The notes under the pieces: model-generated
Told to the model about the DNA's origin: nothing
The model's input: only the letters and a program-made list of their open reading frames with translations
Databases searched by the model: none
Translations under genes and position numbers: made by a program
Part shown: piece after piece, positions 55,619-64,000 of the stretch
Layout: each line of letters opens with the position of its first letter
Position numbering within the stretch: position 1 is the stretch's first letter
Assembly: GCA_000092065.1 (NCBI GenBank)
Contig: CP000582.1
From: Ostreococcus lucimarinus
Lineage: Eukaryota
Length of the DNA stretch: 64,000 nucleotides
Reading direction: 5' to 3' (one strand)

Positions 55619-56449
55619 TCACGCCTCGGTCGGGTCGTCGTCGCGCGTGGGGGTGAAATAATCCTCGCTCGCCGTCGGCGTGGACTGGTAGTAGTGATCG
55701 AACGTGTCCTCGGGCGAGGGCTTGATCAAGTGATTGGCGTCGTCGAAACACGCCGCGTTTCGCGTCATCAACGCCGAGGCGGCGACGAATTCGAAATCCC
55801 TAAAATCAAACCCCGGGCTCACCCCCTCGCCGATCAGCGCGAACTCCGCGCCCGGTTCTAACACCGCCGCCTTGTACGTTCCGCCCGCGACGACCAACTG
55901 CGGCGTCTCGCCGTTCTCCACGTCCGATCCCAGCGTCCGTCGCTCGTACGTGCCGTCCGCCGACACCAAGTGATACGTCACCGCGCCTCCCGCGTGATGA
56001 TAGTGCACGTGATCGCTCGCGTTCAGCGCCCACCACTGATGATCGCTGTCCCTCGTGAGCATGTAATATATGCTCGTCATCTGATTTCGCTTCCCGTCGT
56101 CGTTCGGTTCCGTCCTTCGCGTCGTCGCCGCGCTCGCGTCGCCGCGTTCCCGCGCGTCTTCGTCGAACGCCGTCTTCCCTCGGCTCGACATCGGCGCGCA
56201 CCCGGCGCGATACGTTTCCACGAAAAATCCTCCCTCGGGGTGCGGGATCAGTCCCAGGCGAGTGATCAGCGCGTCCTTCGCTCGGCGCGCCGCGTCGTCG
56301 CCGCGCCGTCCTCCGTCGCCGCCGCGCGCCGCGCGCAGCAGCGCGTCGCGCGCGCGCGCGCTCGTCGCCACCATCGTCAGCGCGCTTCCGAGGACGACGC
56401 CCATCGCGAGACCGCGCGCGAGCGCGTCGGCGCGCGCGTCCGCGCCCAT
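55619..56449 (-). CDS. cupin-fold protein of the DUF985 (YML079w-like) family with an N-terminal signal/anchor
   Basis: signature LGLIPHPEGGFFVETYRA; C-terminal beta-rich cupin region; start taken at MGADAR... Confidence 0.55.
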   Translation of the reverse strand: MGADARADALARGLAMGVVLGSALTMVATSARARDALLRAARGGDGGRRGDDAARRAKDALITRLGLIPHPEGGFFVETYRAGCAPMSSRGKTAFDEDARERGDASAATTRRTEPNDDGKRNQMTSIYYMLTRDSDHQWWALNASDHVHYHHAGGAVTYHLVSADGTYERRTLGSDVENGETPQLVVAGGTYKAAVLEPGAEFALIGEGVSPGFDFRDFEFVAASALMTRNAACFDDANHLIKPSPEDTFDHYYQSTPTASEDYFTPTRDDDPTEA

Positions 56450-56736
56450 CGTCAGCGCGTCGCGGTGTGCGGGACAGCGCGCTTTCGCCACTCATCGACG
56501 CGCCGCGACGCGCGCGAGCGTCGCGCGGCACCGCGACCGCGTTCGAGCGTCGCGGCATCGCGTCGCGGAACGGCGCGCGCTCGAGCGCGGCGTCGCGCTC
56601 GAACGCGCGCGCGCGAAGGGCGAAAGATTTGATTTCGATTTGAAATCATCGATTCGCGAACGCGAAGTAAAATCGAACGCGGAGCGCGCGCGCGCGCTCG
56701 AGACCGCGCGCGATCGCGGCGACGGACGCGCGCGAG

Positions 56737-58854
56737 ATGTCCGCGTGGCCGGACCCGCGCGCGGGGCTGCTGCGCGCGAACGCGACGGCGCGGGGGGGTG
56801 ATGAGGCGGCGCGAGGACGCGACGGCGCGCGCGGCGGCGGCGCGGCGGCGTTGACGCTGGATGATTTGATCCTGCGACGCGCGGGCGACGCGAGCGCGGG
56901 CGCGAGCGCGAACGTCGTCGACGCGGGCGCGCGCGGGACGGGCGCGAGCGGGACGGGCGCGAGCGGGACGCTGTTTTCGAGAGCGCGCGCGCCGGTGGTG
57001 GTGACGGGGTGGGCGAATCCGCACGCGGGCGGCGACGAAGCGCGGGACGGCGCGCGCGGTCGCGACGGAGTCGATCGCGCGTTTTCGGACGCGCGCGATC
57101 GCCGTGGCGCGGGGAGACAGCCGTTGGAGCTCGCGGGACGGCGAAACGCGGTGGGCGTGGTGCGAGACGCGGTGGATTACAACGCGGGATATTTGTCGCC
57201 GGACGAAGTAAACGCCGATCTCGACGGGCCACCATCGCCCGTGCGAGGGTTCGCGCAGCGGTTGATGTCGCTCGATGCGTCGCCGACGCCGCGAGGGAAG
57301 CACTCGCGGAAGCGTGGGACGACGAATCGAAGCGCGGAACCGGATGGGGCGTACGAGTACGAGCAAAGGCGAAAGCGCGCGCGCCGCGCGGCGATGAAGG
57401 AGGCGGAGGCGCTCGCGGCGGCTGCACGGCGGATGCCCGTGAGTCCAGGAAGCGATTCGGGCGCGCCAGGATCGGCGTCGCGATCGGGCCGCGCGTTGCG
57501 CGCGCCTGGAGCGTTCTGGACGGGTGCGGGTGTCTCGAGAGATGAGCGCTCCTGGCGGCAGCCGGCGTCGCCGCCGAAACGCGGACGAGGCAGACCGCCG
57601 AAGAACGCGAAACGATACTCACCGCCGTCGTCGGAGGACGAATACGAAGACTTCGGCGGTGCGGAGGAAGGTGAGCGAGGCTGGAGCGAGGACAAAGACG
57701 CGCACGCGCGAGGTGGTCGTGCGCCCGCGAACGCGGCGCGCGCGCTGAATAGCATTAGAGGACACGCAGCGCCGACTCGGCGACAACCGCAGGCGCCGCG
57801 CGAGCGCGGCACGCGCAAGGGTAAGCCCGGACCGAAGCCCGGTGTTGCGGCAGCGAAGAAGGCTGCCATGATCGCCGCTGGGATTCCGATCCCCGTGCTT
57901 CCACCGGGCGTCAAGCGCGGTCGCGGTCGCCCGCCGAAGAGCATGCTTATCATCCCGGACGGCCCTCCGAACGCAAACCTTCCGGACACCGTCATTCGTT
58001 CCATAGCCGAGGTCGACCCAAGAGTGATCGAAAAGGTGAAACCCGAACGTTTTCGCGCGGTCTCTACGACGAATTCAGCGCTGAGATCTTCGTACGTGGC
58101 GCCGCCGCTTCAAGAAGAGCGAACGGCGTGCATCGCGTGCGGCCGCGTCGACGGCGAAGACAGAATGCTCCTGTGCGATGGATGCGATAAGGGCTATCAC
58201 ACGCACTGTTTGGTCCCTCGACTAGACAAAGTCCCAGAGAATGAATGGTTTTGTTACGAATGCGTGACGCAAAATCGACCGAAGACAGCCGCGGCGGAGG
58301 CGTTTGAACGCCGCCAAGCCTCCAAGGCGCGGTTCGCGCCGGAGACGACGTACGACGAATGTCAGCGCGTGAGCGACAAATTGAAGCTCAACGGCGAACG
58401 CAAGCTCAAACCCGGACCGAAACCAGGGTCGAAAATGAAAAAGAATCACCGCCGCGACGACGAGTTCGATGACGACAGATACGCCGCGGCGCCGTCGACG
58501 GAGAAGCGCCCGGTCGGTCGACCGAAAAAGGACCCCAACGCTTGGTCGGACGAGCAATTAGAGGCGTTACAAAACGCTCAAGTGCGCGTGGATCTCGGTC
58601 GTAAAAACTTTTGGACCGAAGTCGCGAGTTACGTTCCTGGGAAAACGGCACAGCAGTGCAAAGAACAAGTGTACGCTGGCTTGAACATCGGCGCCGACGA
58701 CGCCGACGACGCAGACCGATCCGATACCGACGAAGACGTCGAAGATACCCCACACAACCAGCATCAACAACGAACGTTTCGAACGCCCACCAAGCCTAAC
58801 TCATCGCGCGAAAACGCAGAGCGCTGGCGCAATCGCGCGCCCCAGCGCTCGTAG
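56737..58854 (+). CDS. chromatin protein with two AT-hooks, a PHD finger and a Myb/SANT-like domain
   Basis: AT-hooks PKRGRGRPPKNAKR and VKRGRGRPPKSM; PHD CIACGRVDGEDRMLLCDGCDKGYHTHCLVPRLDKVPENEWFCYEC; SANT/Myb-like WSDEQLEALQNAQVRVDLGRKNFWTEVASYVPGKTAQQCKEQVY. Confidence 0.6.
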   Translation: MSAWPDPRAGLLRANATARGGDEAARGRDGARGGGAAALTLDDLILRRAGDASAGASANVVDAGARGTGASGTGASGTLFSRARAPVVVTGWANPHAGGDEARDGARGRDGVDRAFSDARDRRGAGRQPLELAGRRNAVGVVRDAVDYNAGYLSPDEVNADLDGPPSPVRGFAQRLMSLDASPTPRGKHSRKRGTTNRSAEPDGAYEYEQRRKRARRAAMKEAEALAAAARRMPVSPGSDSGAPGSASRSGRALRAPGAFWTGAGVSRDERSWRQPASPPKRGRGRPPKNAKRYSPPSSEDEYEDFGGAEEGERGWSEDKDAHARGGRAPANAARALNSIRGHAAPTRRQPQAPRERGTRKGKPGPKPGVAAAKKAAMIAAGIPIPVLPPGVKRGRGRPPKSMLIIPDGPPNANLPDTVIRSIAEVDPRVIEKVKPERFRAVSTTNSALRSSYVAPPLQEERTACIACGRVDGEDRMLLCDGCDKGYHTHCLVPRLDKVPENEWFCYECVTQNRPKTAAAEAFERRQASKARFAPETTYDECQRVSDKLKLNGERKLKPGPKPGSKMKKNHRRDDEFDDDRYAAAPSTEKRPVGRPKKDPNAWSDEQLEALQNAQVRVDLGRKNFWTEVASYVPGKTAQQCKEQVYAGLNIGADDADDADRSDTDEDVEDTPHNQHQQRTFRTPTKPNSSRENAERWRNRAPQRS

Positions 58855-58915
58855 TCCTGGTTGCAATTCACACCTCGACACGCCACACAACCCTGCGCGC
58901 GCCGACCCACCGCGA

Positions 58916-59152
58916 ATGCGCGACCGAACCTTCGGTGCGCTCGCCCTCGCCGTGCTCACCGCGCTCTTCGCGTACTACACCGTCTGGGCGCTCGTGACGC
59001 CGCTGATCGACGTCGGACACCCGGTGTTGAAACTGTTTCCCAGTCCAGAGCTCGCGGTGGCCATCCCAGCCTACCTCGGCGCGTGCGTCGTGTGCGCCTC
59101 AGCGTGCGTCGTTGGCGTGGCCATGATCACGCACAAGCCCAAGCGCGCGTGA
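58916..59152 (+). CDS. DPM2: dolichol-phosphate mannosyltransferase regulatory subunit DPM2
   Basis: 78 aa, two TM helices; ALAVLTALFAYYTVWALVTPLIDVGHPVLKLFPSPELAVAIPAYLG matches DPM2 (..FTYYTAWVILLPFID..H...KYF.PR.YAVAIP). Confidence 0.65.
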   Translation: MRDRTFGALALAVLTALFAYYTVWALVTPLIDVGHPVLKLFPSPELAVAIPAYLGACVVCASACVVGVAMITHKPKRA

Positions 59153-59170
59153 GCGGCGAAGCGCGCGGCG

Positions 59171-60829
59171 ATGGCGGCGCAGGCGAGGGCGTTGGAGTCC
59201 CAGGTGTGGCGCGAGCGGGACGAGGAACAGGACGACGACAAAGCATCGACGGCCGACGACCGGCGCGCGCAGGAAGAGGAGATGTCGATTCTCGTGAGTA
59301 TTTTCTGCGACTGCGCGAGAGGCGACGACGCGAACGCCGTGAGGGAGGCTTTGGCTTCGGGACGCGACGTCGGCGACGCGACTTCGAGCGGGCGGTTGTT
59401 TCGCGCAGAACTGGAGATCGACGTCGAGATCGACGGCGAAGCAGAGGTCTTGAACGGAGATTCCACGCATCTTGTTGCTGCTTTACCGCCGATATTTCTG
59501 GAATTCATCTTCCCGAGAAGGTATCCCTCGCGCGAGGCGCCGAAGTTCGTCATTCGTAGTGATTGGTTGTCGAACAGCCATTTGAGCGCGATGTGCGCGA
59601 GATTGGACGCCATATGGGAAGACCAGCGTCCAAACGGTGAGCCAATAGTGTATGAATGGACTCAATGGATAAAGAACGACGCGATGCGAGACGTATTGTT
59701 GAATGCGCAGGGCGCGCTCGACGTCTCAGCTCGAGGTCTTGGGTGGGCGGACGGCGAGTTTGAAGTCGACGCGAGAGCCGTCGTTACGGCTCGAGACGCG
59801 AATGAGGCGGTGTTTACGATTTTACGTGCAGACGCACATGCTAGACGACGAGCATTTCTGATCAGCTGCGATAATTCGTGCTCAATGTGCCTCGCGGATG
59901 ACATCAAAGGCGTCGACGTTCGACGAGTGTCGAGCGCCTGCGCGCACACGTATTGCGTCGAGTGCGTGACGCGCATGGCGCGCGTGCACGTGAGCGAAGG
60001 CTCTGTCTTACGCTTGGTCTGCCCGGAATGTTCGTGTGCGTTCGATCCTCATGTGCTGCGCGCCATTCTGAACCATGATGAGTATGAAAAGTATGAAGCC
60101 ACGCTGCTCGCGCGCACGCTCGACTCGATGGCGGATCTCGTGTACTGCCCTCGATGCGAGCATCCCGTTATTGAAGAAGAAGATCAAAATTTTGGGCGAT
60201 GTCCCGGTTGCTTCTTCGCTTTCTGCACGCTTTGCCGCGCGTCGTGGCACGCTGGGTCCGAGTGCCTCAACGCTGAGCAAAAGCTCGCGGTGCTCGAGGC
60301 GAGACGTCGCGGTGACTCGAAAATGTCCGAAGAAGCGTTGCGTCAGTACAAAGAACAAATCGCCGACGTATCCGCGGCCGCATACGTCGAACGGAACGGC
60401 CGCAAGTGCCCAGTGTGTGGTCAAGGGGTTGAGAAAAACGAAGGCTGCAACAAGATGACGTGCGCGTGCGGCGCCTACTTTTGTTGGAAGTGCGGTCAAA
60501 AGCTTGAAGGCGACGGGTATTCTCATTACCGAAACGTCAACGGCGAACCCGGCACGAGCACGTGTCAACTCTTCGACCTCGACGCCATCGAAGCGTGGGA
60601 GCGCGATATGGCCGCGCTTCGCGTCGACGGTCGCGCGCCTCGCGCGCCGAGAGCCGCCGACGTCATCTCCTGCATCCGCTGCAAGGCCCAAAACGTCGCC
60701 TTCGATCGAAACAACCACGTTCGATGTTGGGCCTGCAACTCTTCTTTTTGCGCCGCGTGCAGGCGCGTCGTTCTGAAGACGTCCGAGCACTACGCGCCGA
60801 GCGCCCCGTGCAAGCAGCACCGAAAGTGA
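59171..60829 (+). CDS. RBR-type E3 ubiquitin ligase with N-terminal RWD domain (RNF14/ARA54-like)
   Basis: RWD region ...FLEFIFPRRYPSREAPKFVIRSDWL...; RING1 CSMCLADDIKGVDVRRVSSACAHTYCVECV...CPEC; IBR YCPRCEHPVIEEE...CPGCFFAFCTLCRASWHAGSEC; RING2 CPVCGQGVEKNEGCNKMTCACGAYFCWKCG. Confidence 0.75.
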   Translation: MAAQARALESQVWRERDEEQDDDKASTADDRRAQEEEMSILVSIFCDCARGDDANAVREALASGRDVGDATSSGRLFRAELEIDVEIDGEAEVLNGDSTHLVAALPPIFLEFIFPRRYPSREAPKFVIRSDWLSNSHLSAMCARLDAIWEDQRPNGEPIVYEWTQWIKNDAMRDVLLNAQGALDVSARGLGWADGEFEVDARAVVTARDANEAVFTILRADAHARRRAFLISCDNSCSMCLADDIKGVDVRRVSSACAHTYCVECVTRMARVHVSEGSVLRLVCPECSCAFDPHVLRAILNHDEYEKYEATLLARTLDSMADLVYCPRCEHPVIEEEDQNFGRCPGCFFAFCTLCRASWHAGSECLNAEQKLAVLEARRRGDSKMSEEALRQYKEQIADVSAAAYVERNGRKCPVCGQGVEKNEGCNKMTCACGAYFCWKCGQKLEGDGYSHYRNVNGEPGTSTCQLFDLDAIEAWERDMAALRVDGRAPRAPRAADVISCIRCKAQNVAFDRNNHVRCWACNSSFCAACRRVVLKTSEHYAPSAPCKQHRK

Positions 60830-61019
60830 AGCGAAAGCTTGAAAACTGAACGAAAGCTCTCACAGCGCCCTCGCGTTCCCGCACTCGCGCGCGCTCGATG
60901 TGATGGGCGCCGAGCGCCCCGTGCAAGCAGCACCGAAAGTGAAGCCAAAGCTTGAAAACTGAACGAAAGCTCTCACAGCGCCCTCGCGTTCTCGCACTCG
61001 CGCGCGCTCGATGTGATGG
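60795..61019. repeat. 2 x ~112-bp tandem duplication (2 mismatches) spanning the E3-ligase stop codon, the whole intergenic spacer and the first bases of ureF
   Basis: cgccgagcgccccgtgcaagcagcaccgaaagtgaagc[g/c]aaagcttgaaaactgaacgaaagctctcacagcgccctcgcgttc[c/t]cgcactcgcgcgcgctcgatgtgatgg occurs twice back to back. Confidence 0.85.
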
Positions 61020-61843
61020 AAGCGTTCGTTTTAATCGACCCGTTGCTACCGACGGGCGCGTTCGCGCACTCGCTCGGGCTCGAGCCCGCGCGAATCGCGC
61101 GCGCGGTCGGGACACTGGACGAGACGTCTCGCGAAGCCTCGCGCGCGGTCGAGACGTACGCGCGCGAGTGCGCGCAGAGCGCGATCGACGGTCAACTTCC
61201 GTTCGCGCTCGCCGCGCGCGCGCTCGCGGTGCGAGCGAACGAAAAACGCGCGCGCGAGGGAGACGAGGACGGGACGACGCGCGCGTGGCGAGCGGCGAAC
61301 GCGGAGTGCGCCGCGCTCTGCGCGTCGAACGCCGTGAATCGACGCGCGAGCGCGGGCACGGGCGCGGCTTTACTACGAGCGTCGATAGTGGCATTCGGCG
61401 AGGACAGAAGTTGGTACTTGAGGGCGATTAAAAGAACGCTGCGACGACCGCCGCCGCTCGGCTTGGGCGAGGCGCACCACGCGTGCGTCTTCGGCGCGGT
61501 GAGCGCGATCGCGAATTTAGACGCCGAGGCGTGCGCGCGCGCGTACGTGTACTGCATCATGCGCGATGTGTGCTCGGCGGCGACGCGATTGAACGCGAGC
61601 GGACCTTTGGAAACCGTCGCGGCGTTGCGGCGTTGCGTCGAAGACGCCGAGGCGGCGTGCGCCGTCGCCGTCGCCGAGTTCAACGCCTCCACCGTCCGCG
61701 CGTCGACGATCGACGACGACGACGACGATGACGACGACGCCATCATGAATTATCTCCGTCGCGCGCCGGCGACGTCGGCACCGATATACGAAGCCGTCCA
61801 GGGCGCGCACGACCACGCGCGCGCGCGCCTCTTCAACTCCTAG
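61016..61843 (+). CDS. ureF: urease accessory protein UreF
   Basis: N-terminal LIDPLLPTGAFAHSLGLE (UreF signature ..LP.G.F.(H/Y)S.GLE) and C-terminal HDHARARLFNS (..H.RLF.S); contains a poly-Asp run (GAC)n. Confidence 0.7.
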   Translation: MEAFVLIDPLLPTGAFAHSLGLEPARIARAVGTLDETSREASRAVETYARECAQSAIDGQLPFALAARALAVRANEKRAREGDEDGTTRAWRAANAECAALCASNAVNRRASAGTGAALLRASIVAFGEDRSWYLRAIKRTLRRPPPLGLGEAHHACVFGAVSAIANLDAEACARAYVYCIMRDVCSAATRLNASGPLETVAALRRCVEDAEAACAVAVAEFNASTVRASTIDDDDDDDDDAIMNYLRRAPATSAPIYEAVQGAHDHARARLFNS

Positions 61844-61924
61844 CCTTCGCGTCGCGCGCACCTCTTCGACGGCCCGCGCGCGCGCGTCCCGCTGTATTTT
61901 CATTCATAGTTGTATTTTCATCCT

Positions 61925-62135
61925 CTGTACGTCACTCGCGCGCATTCGCGAACGCGCGAATTCGCGCGTAAAAAGGTCCCTTCGCGTCCGGAGGTCGGCC
62001 GCCCTTTCGGAAATCTCGTCAATCTCGACGCCCACTGTTTACCCATATCAGAAAATATGAGCCCGACGTTTCGAAACGTCGTTTCGGAACGTCGTTCCGA
62101 AACGACGTTTCGAAACGACGTTCCGGAACGACGGC
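61925..62135. promoter_or_regulatory. DUR3 upstream region with two CG-palindrome clusters: cgcgcgaattcgcgcg/ttcgcgaa (61935-61958) and a ~70-bp dyad-symmetric array of CGTTTCGAAACG and CGTTCCGGAACG units (62064-62133), embedded in the only AT-rich stretch of compartment B
   Basis: 62064-62120 is its own reverse complement except for three gtcg/gacg core swaps; lies 280-350 bp upstream of the DUR3 ATG. Confidence 0.4.
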
Positions 62136-62415
62136 GCGTGCATCGCCCGAGCCGACGCCGGCGCGGCAGTGCGAGACGCGCGAGTCGACTCCAAAGGTGC
62201 GACCGCGAGCGCTCTTCGCGCCATCTTCGTCACCGTCCATCGCGCGCGCGCGTTGTCTTCGTTCGAGCGCGCGGCGACGCGGCGACGATGGAGGCGAATC
62301 ACGATGGCGGCGCAAGTGACGACGCGATGACGTCGCGATGATTGCGCGATGCGGGGACTGACGATGACGCGCTTCGATCGGGCGACGCAGACACGCACAC
62401 TTGACATCAGCACAC

Positions 62416-64000
62416 ATGTCTTGCGAACAGTATGAAACCCTGGTCGGGAGCTCGTGCGTTCGCGACACGAGCTTCTTCGGCGGGAAAGCCGTGCTCCCCG
62501 AAGGCGCGGGCTACGGTATCGTCATCGGTTTCGGTTTGTTCTTCTCCCTCGCCACGGCGATCATCATGGGTCTCGATAAGCGTTACGGTGGGACGAACAT
62601 CTCGTCTGAATACTTCAACACCGCCGGTCGTAACGTGAAGACGGGTTTGACGGCGTCCGTCATCGTGTCCCAGTGGACGTGGGCGGCGACGCTCTTGCAA
62701 TCGTCCAACGTCGCGTACCAATATGGTGTCTCCGGACCGTTCTGGTACGCGTCCGGTGCGACGATTCAAGTTTTGCTCTTCGGTATGCTTGCCATTCAGG
62801 TGAAGCGATACGCGCCTAACGCGCACACTATTTGCGAAATCATCGACGCTCGATGGGGCGCGAACGTGCAAAAGGTCTTCATCTTCTTCTGCTTCTTGAC
62901 CAACGTCATTGTGTCTTCGATGCTCGTGCTCGGTGGTGCCGCCACGGTGAACGCGCTCACGGGTATGAACACCACCGCCGCTGGTTTTTTGATCCCGATC
63001 GGTGTCATTGCGTACACTATGGCTGGTGGCTTGAAGGCGACCTTCTTGGCGTCGTACATCCACACCGCCATCATCTTCGCTATTCTCATCACCTTCATCT
63101 ACATCGTGTACGCGGCCGACACCAAGCACGGTCTCGGCTCTCCGAGCAAAGTGTACGATCTCCTCCAGAGCGTCGCTCAGCGCAGTCCGACTTCAACCGA
63201 ATGCGTCGCTCGCCTTGCCGCCGACCAAAACTGCGGTCCGGTGGCCAAAAACCAAAAGGGCTCTTACTTGACCATGCTCTCTGAGGGTGGTGTCATCTTC
63301 GGTATCATCAACATCGTTGGTAACTTCGGTACCGTTTTCGTCGACCAATCGTACTGGCAATCCGCCATCGCGGCCAAGCCGAGCTCCTCCACCAAGGGTT
63401 ACCTCCTCGGCGGTCTCGTTTGGTTCACCATCCCCTTCGCCCTCGCCACCGCCATGGGTCTCGCCACCGTCGCTCTCGACTTGCCGGTCACCTCTGACGA
63501 AGCTGGTAAGGGTCTCGTGCCGCCCGCCATCGCCACCCACTTGATGGGTAAGGGTGGTGCCGCTGCGATCACCATCATGCTCTTCATGGCCATCGTGTCC
63601 ACGGGCTCCGCCGAGCAAATTGCCGTCTCCTCCTTGTTTGCGTACGATGTGTACCGCAAGTACATCAAACCGAACGCCACGGGTGAAGACATCCTTCGCG
63701 TGTCTCGTTACGGTGTCGTCGCCTTCGGTATTTTCATGGGTATCCTCTCCTTGATCCTCGACGAGCTTGGATTGTCCCTCGGTTTCGTGTACCTCATGAT
63801 GGGCATCTTCATCGGCTCCGCCGTCATGCCCATCTCTTTCGTTTTGACTTGGGACAAGGCGAACGCCAAGGGTGCCGTCATCGGCGCCATCAGCGGCCAA
63901 GTTCTTGGCTTGGTCACGTGGATCGTCACCGCTCAAGGCCTGTACAAGGCGGTCACCATCAAGACGCTCGGCGAAAACTACCCGATGCTCGCCGGTAACA
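62416..64000 (+). CDS. DUR3: urea active transporter DUR3 (sodium:solute symporter family), 5' partial, runs off the window end
   Basis: near-identity to DUR3: [111 protein letters not shown]...; not in the ORF track because no stop is reached. Confidence 0.8.
   Translation, partial: MSCEQYETLVGSSCVRDTSFFGGKAVLPEGAGYGIVIGFGLFFSLATAIIMGLDKRYGGTNISSEYFNTAGRNVKTGLTASVIVSQWTWAATLLQSSNVAYQYGVSGPFWYASGATIQVLLFGMLAIQVKRYAPNAHTICEIIDARWGANVQKVFIFFCFLTNVIVSSMLVLGGAATVNALTGMNTTAAGFLIPIGVIAYTMAGGLKATFLASYIHTAIIFAILITFIYIVYAADTKHGLGSPSKVYDLLQSVAQRSPTSTECVARLAADQNCGPVAKNQKGSYLTMLSEGGVIFGIINIVGNFGTVFVDQSYWQSAIAAKPSSSTKGYLLGGLVWFTIPFALATAMGLATVALDLPVTSDEAGKGLVPPAIATHLMGKGGAAAITIMLFMAIVSTGSAEQIAVSSLFAYDVYRKYIKPNATGEDILRVSRYGVVAFGIFMGILSLILDELGLSLGFVYLMMGIFIGSAVMPISFVLTWDKANAKGAVIGAISGQVLGLVTWIVTAQGLYKAVTIKTLGENYPMLAGN

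Noticed and set aside
60795-61019. 112-bp tandem repeat as a CRISPR or minisatellite array
   Set aside because: Only two copies, no spacer architecture, in a eukaryotic nuclear context, and the unit contains coding sequence from two flanking genes.
62064-62133. Palindrome array as a heat-shock element
   Set aside because: Only one TTCnnGAA pair with canonical spacing (ttccggaa). The other GAA/TTC units are separated by 0, 1 or 3 nt.
37200-64000. GC-rich half as bacterial contamination, or an integrated giant-virus or horizontally acquired island (a thymidine kinase sits at the edge)
   Set aside because: Content is eukaryotic cellular housekeeping (SCC2, VPS51, SFT2, DPM2, RBR E3 with RWD, PHD/AT-hook protein). 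It has a spliceosomal intron. Gene packing is bidirectional with host-like UTR-sized spacers. No viral hallmark genes, no prokaryotic operons, no ribosome-binding-site logic.

Overview
The window is eukaryotic nuclear DNA with two very different compartments joined at about 37.1-37.25 kb. I infer a Mamiellophyceae-like green picoalga (Micromonas- or Ostreococcus-type). This rests on the green-lineage plastid genes cpSRP43, 7-hydroxymethyl-chlorophyll-a reductase and a plastid-type KAS, plus a circularly permuted tRNA gene, a class reported for C. merolae and, as I recall, for Ostreococcus/Micromonas.

Compartment A (1-37.2 kb) has moderate GC (about 45-50%) and roughly one gene per 1.2 kb. Genes carry many very short GT-AG introns that cluster at 47-51 nt. 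Genes I recognise there:
- cyclin K/T-like
- GlpT-family sugar-phosphate transporter
- proteasome beta7 and alpha1
- acetyl-CoA synthetase
- GAR1
- CK2 beta
- NF-YB
- frataxin
- TGS1
- UPF1/SEN1-like helicase
- PWP2
- cpSRP43
- U1A/U2B2
- Rab11
- NOL8-like RRM protein
- Cbf5/dyskerin
- WDR5-like
- TRM13
- bL35
- KAS
- RFC1

Compartment B (37.2-64 kb) is very GC-rich (about 65-72%, GC3 near 90%) and almost intron-free, with 50-300 bp intergenic spacers. Genes there:
- thymidine kinase
- SCC2/Nipped-B (1807-aa single ORF)
- BAH protein
- NudC NADH pyrophosphatase
- SFT2
- VPS51 (one 62-nt intron)
- HCAR
- HIG1
- DUF985 cupin
- AT-hook/PHD/SANT protein
- DPM2
- RNF14-like RBR E3
- UreF
- partial DUR3 urea transporter

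The long Arg-rich ORFs in compartment B are antisense artefacts of GC-rich coding.

The most notable structures are:
- a 100%-identical 1.43-kb direct duplication of the RFC1 3' half, bracketing an ~880-bp GC-richer island that holds a QPRT 3' fragment and a truncated PP4c fragment and creates an in-frame PP4c::RFC1 chimeric ORF;
- an RFC1 gene truncated exactly at the A/B compositional junction;
- a permuted tRNA-Ser(CGA);
- a 112-bp tandem duplication spanning one gene's stop codon and the next gene's start codon;
- a ~70-bp dyad-symmetric CG-palindrome cluster upstream of DUR3.

I see no prokaryotic, viral, CRISPR or transposon features. All coordinates derived by hand-counting may be off by 1-3 nt.
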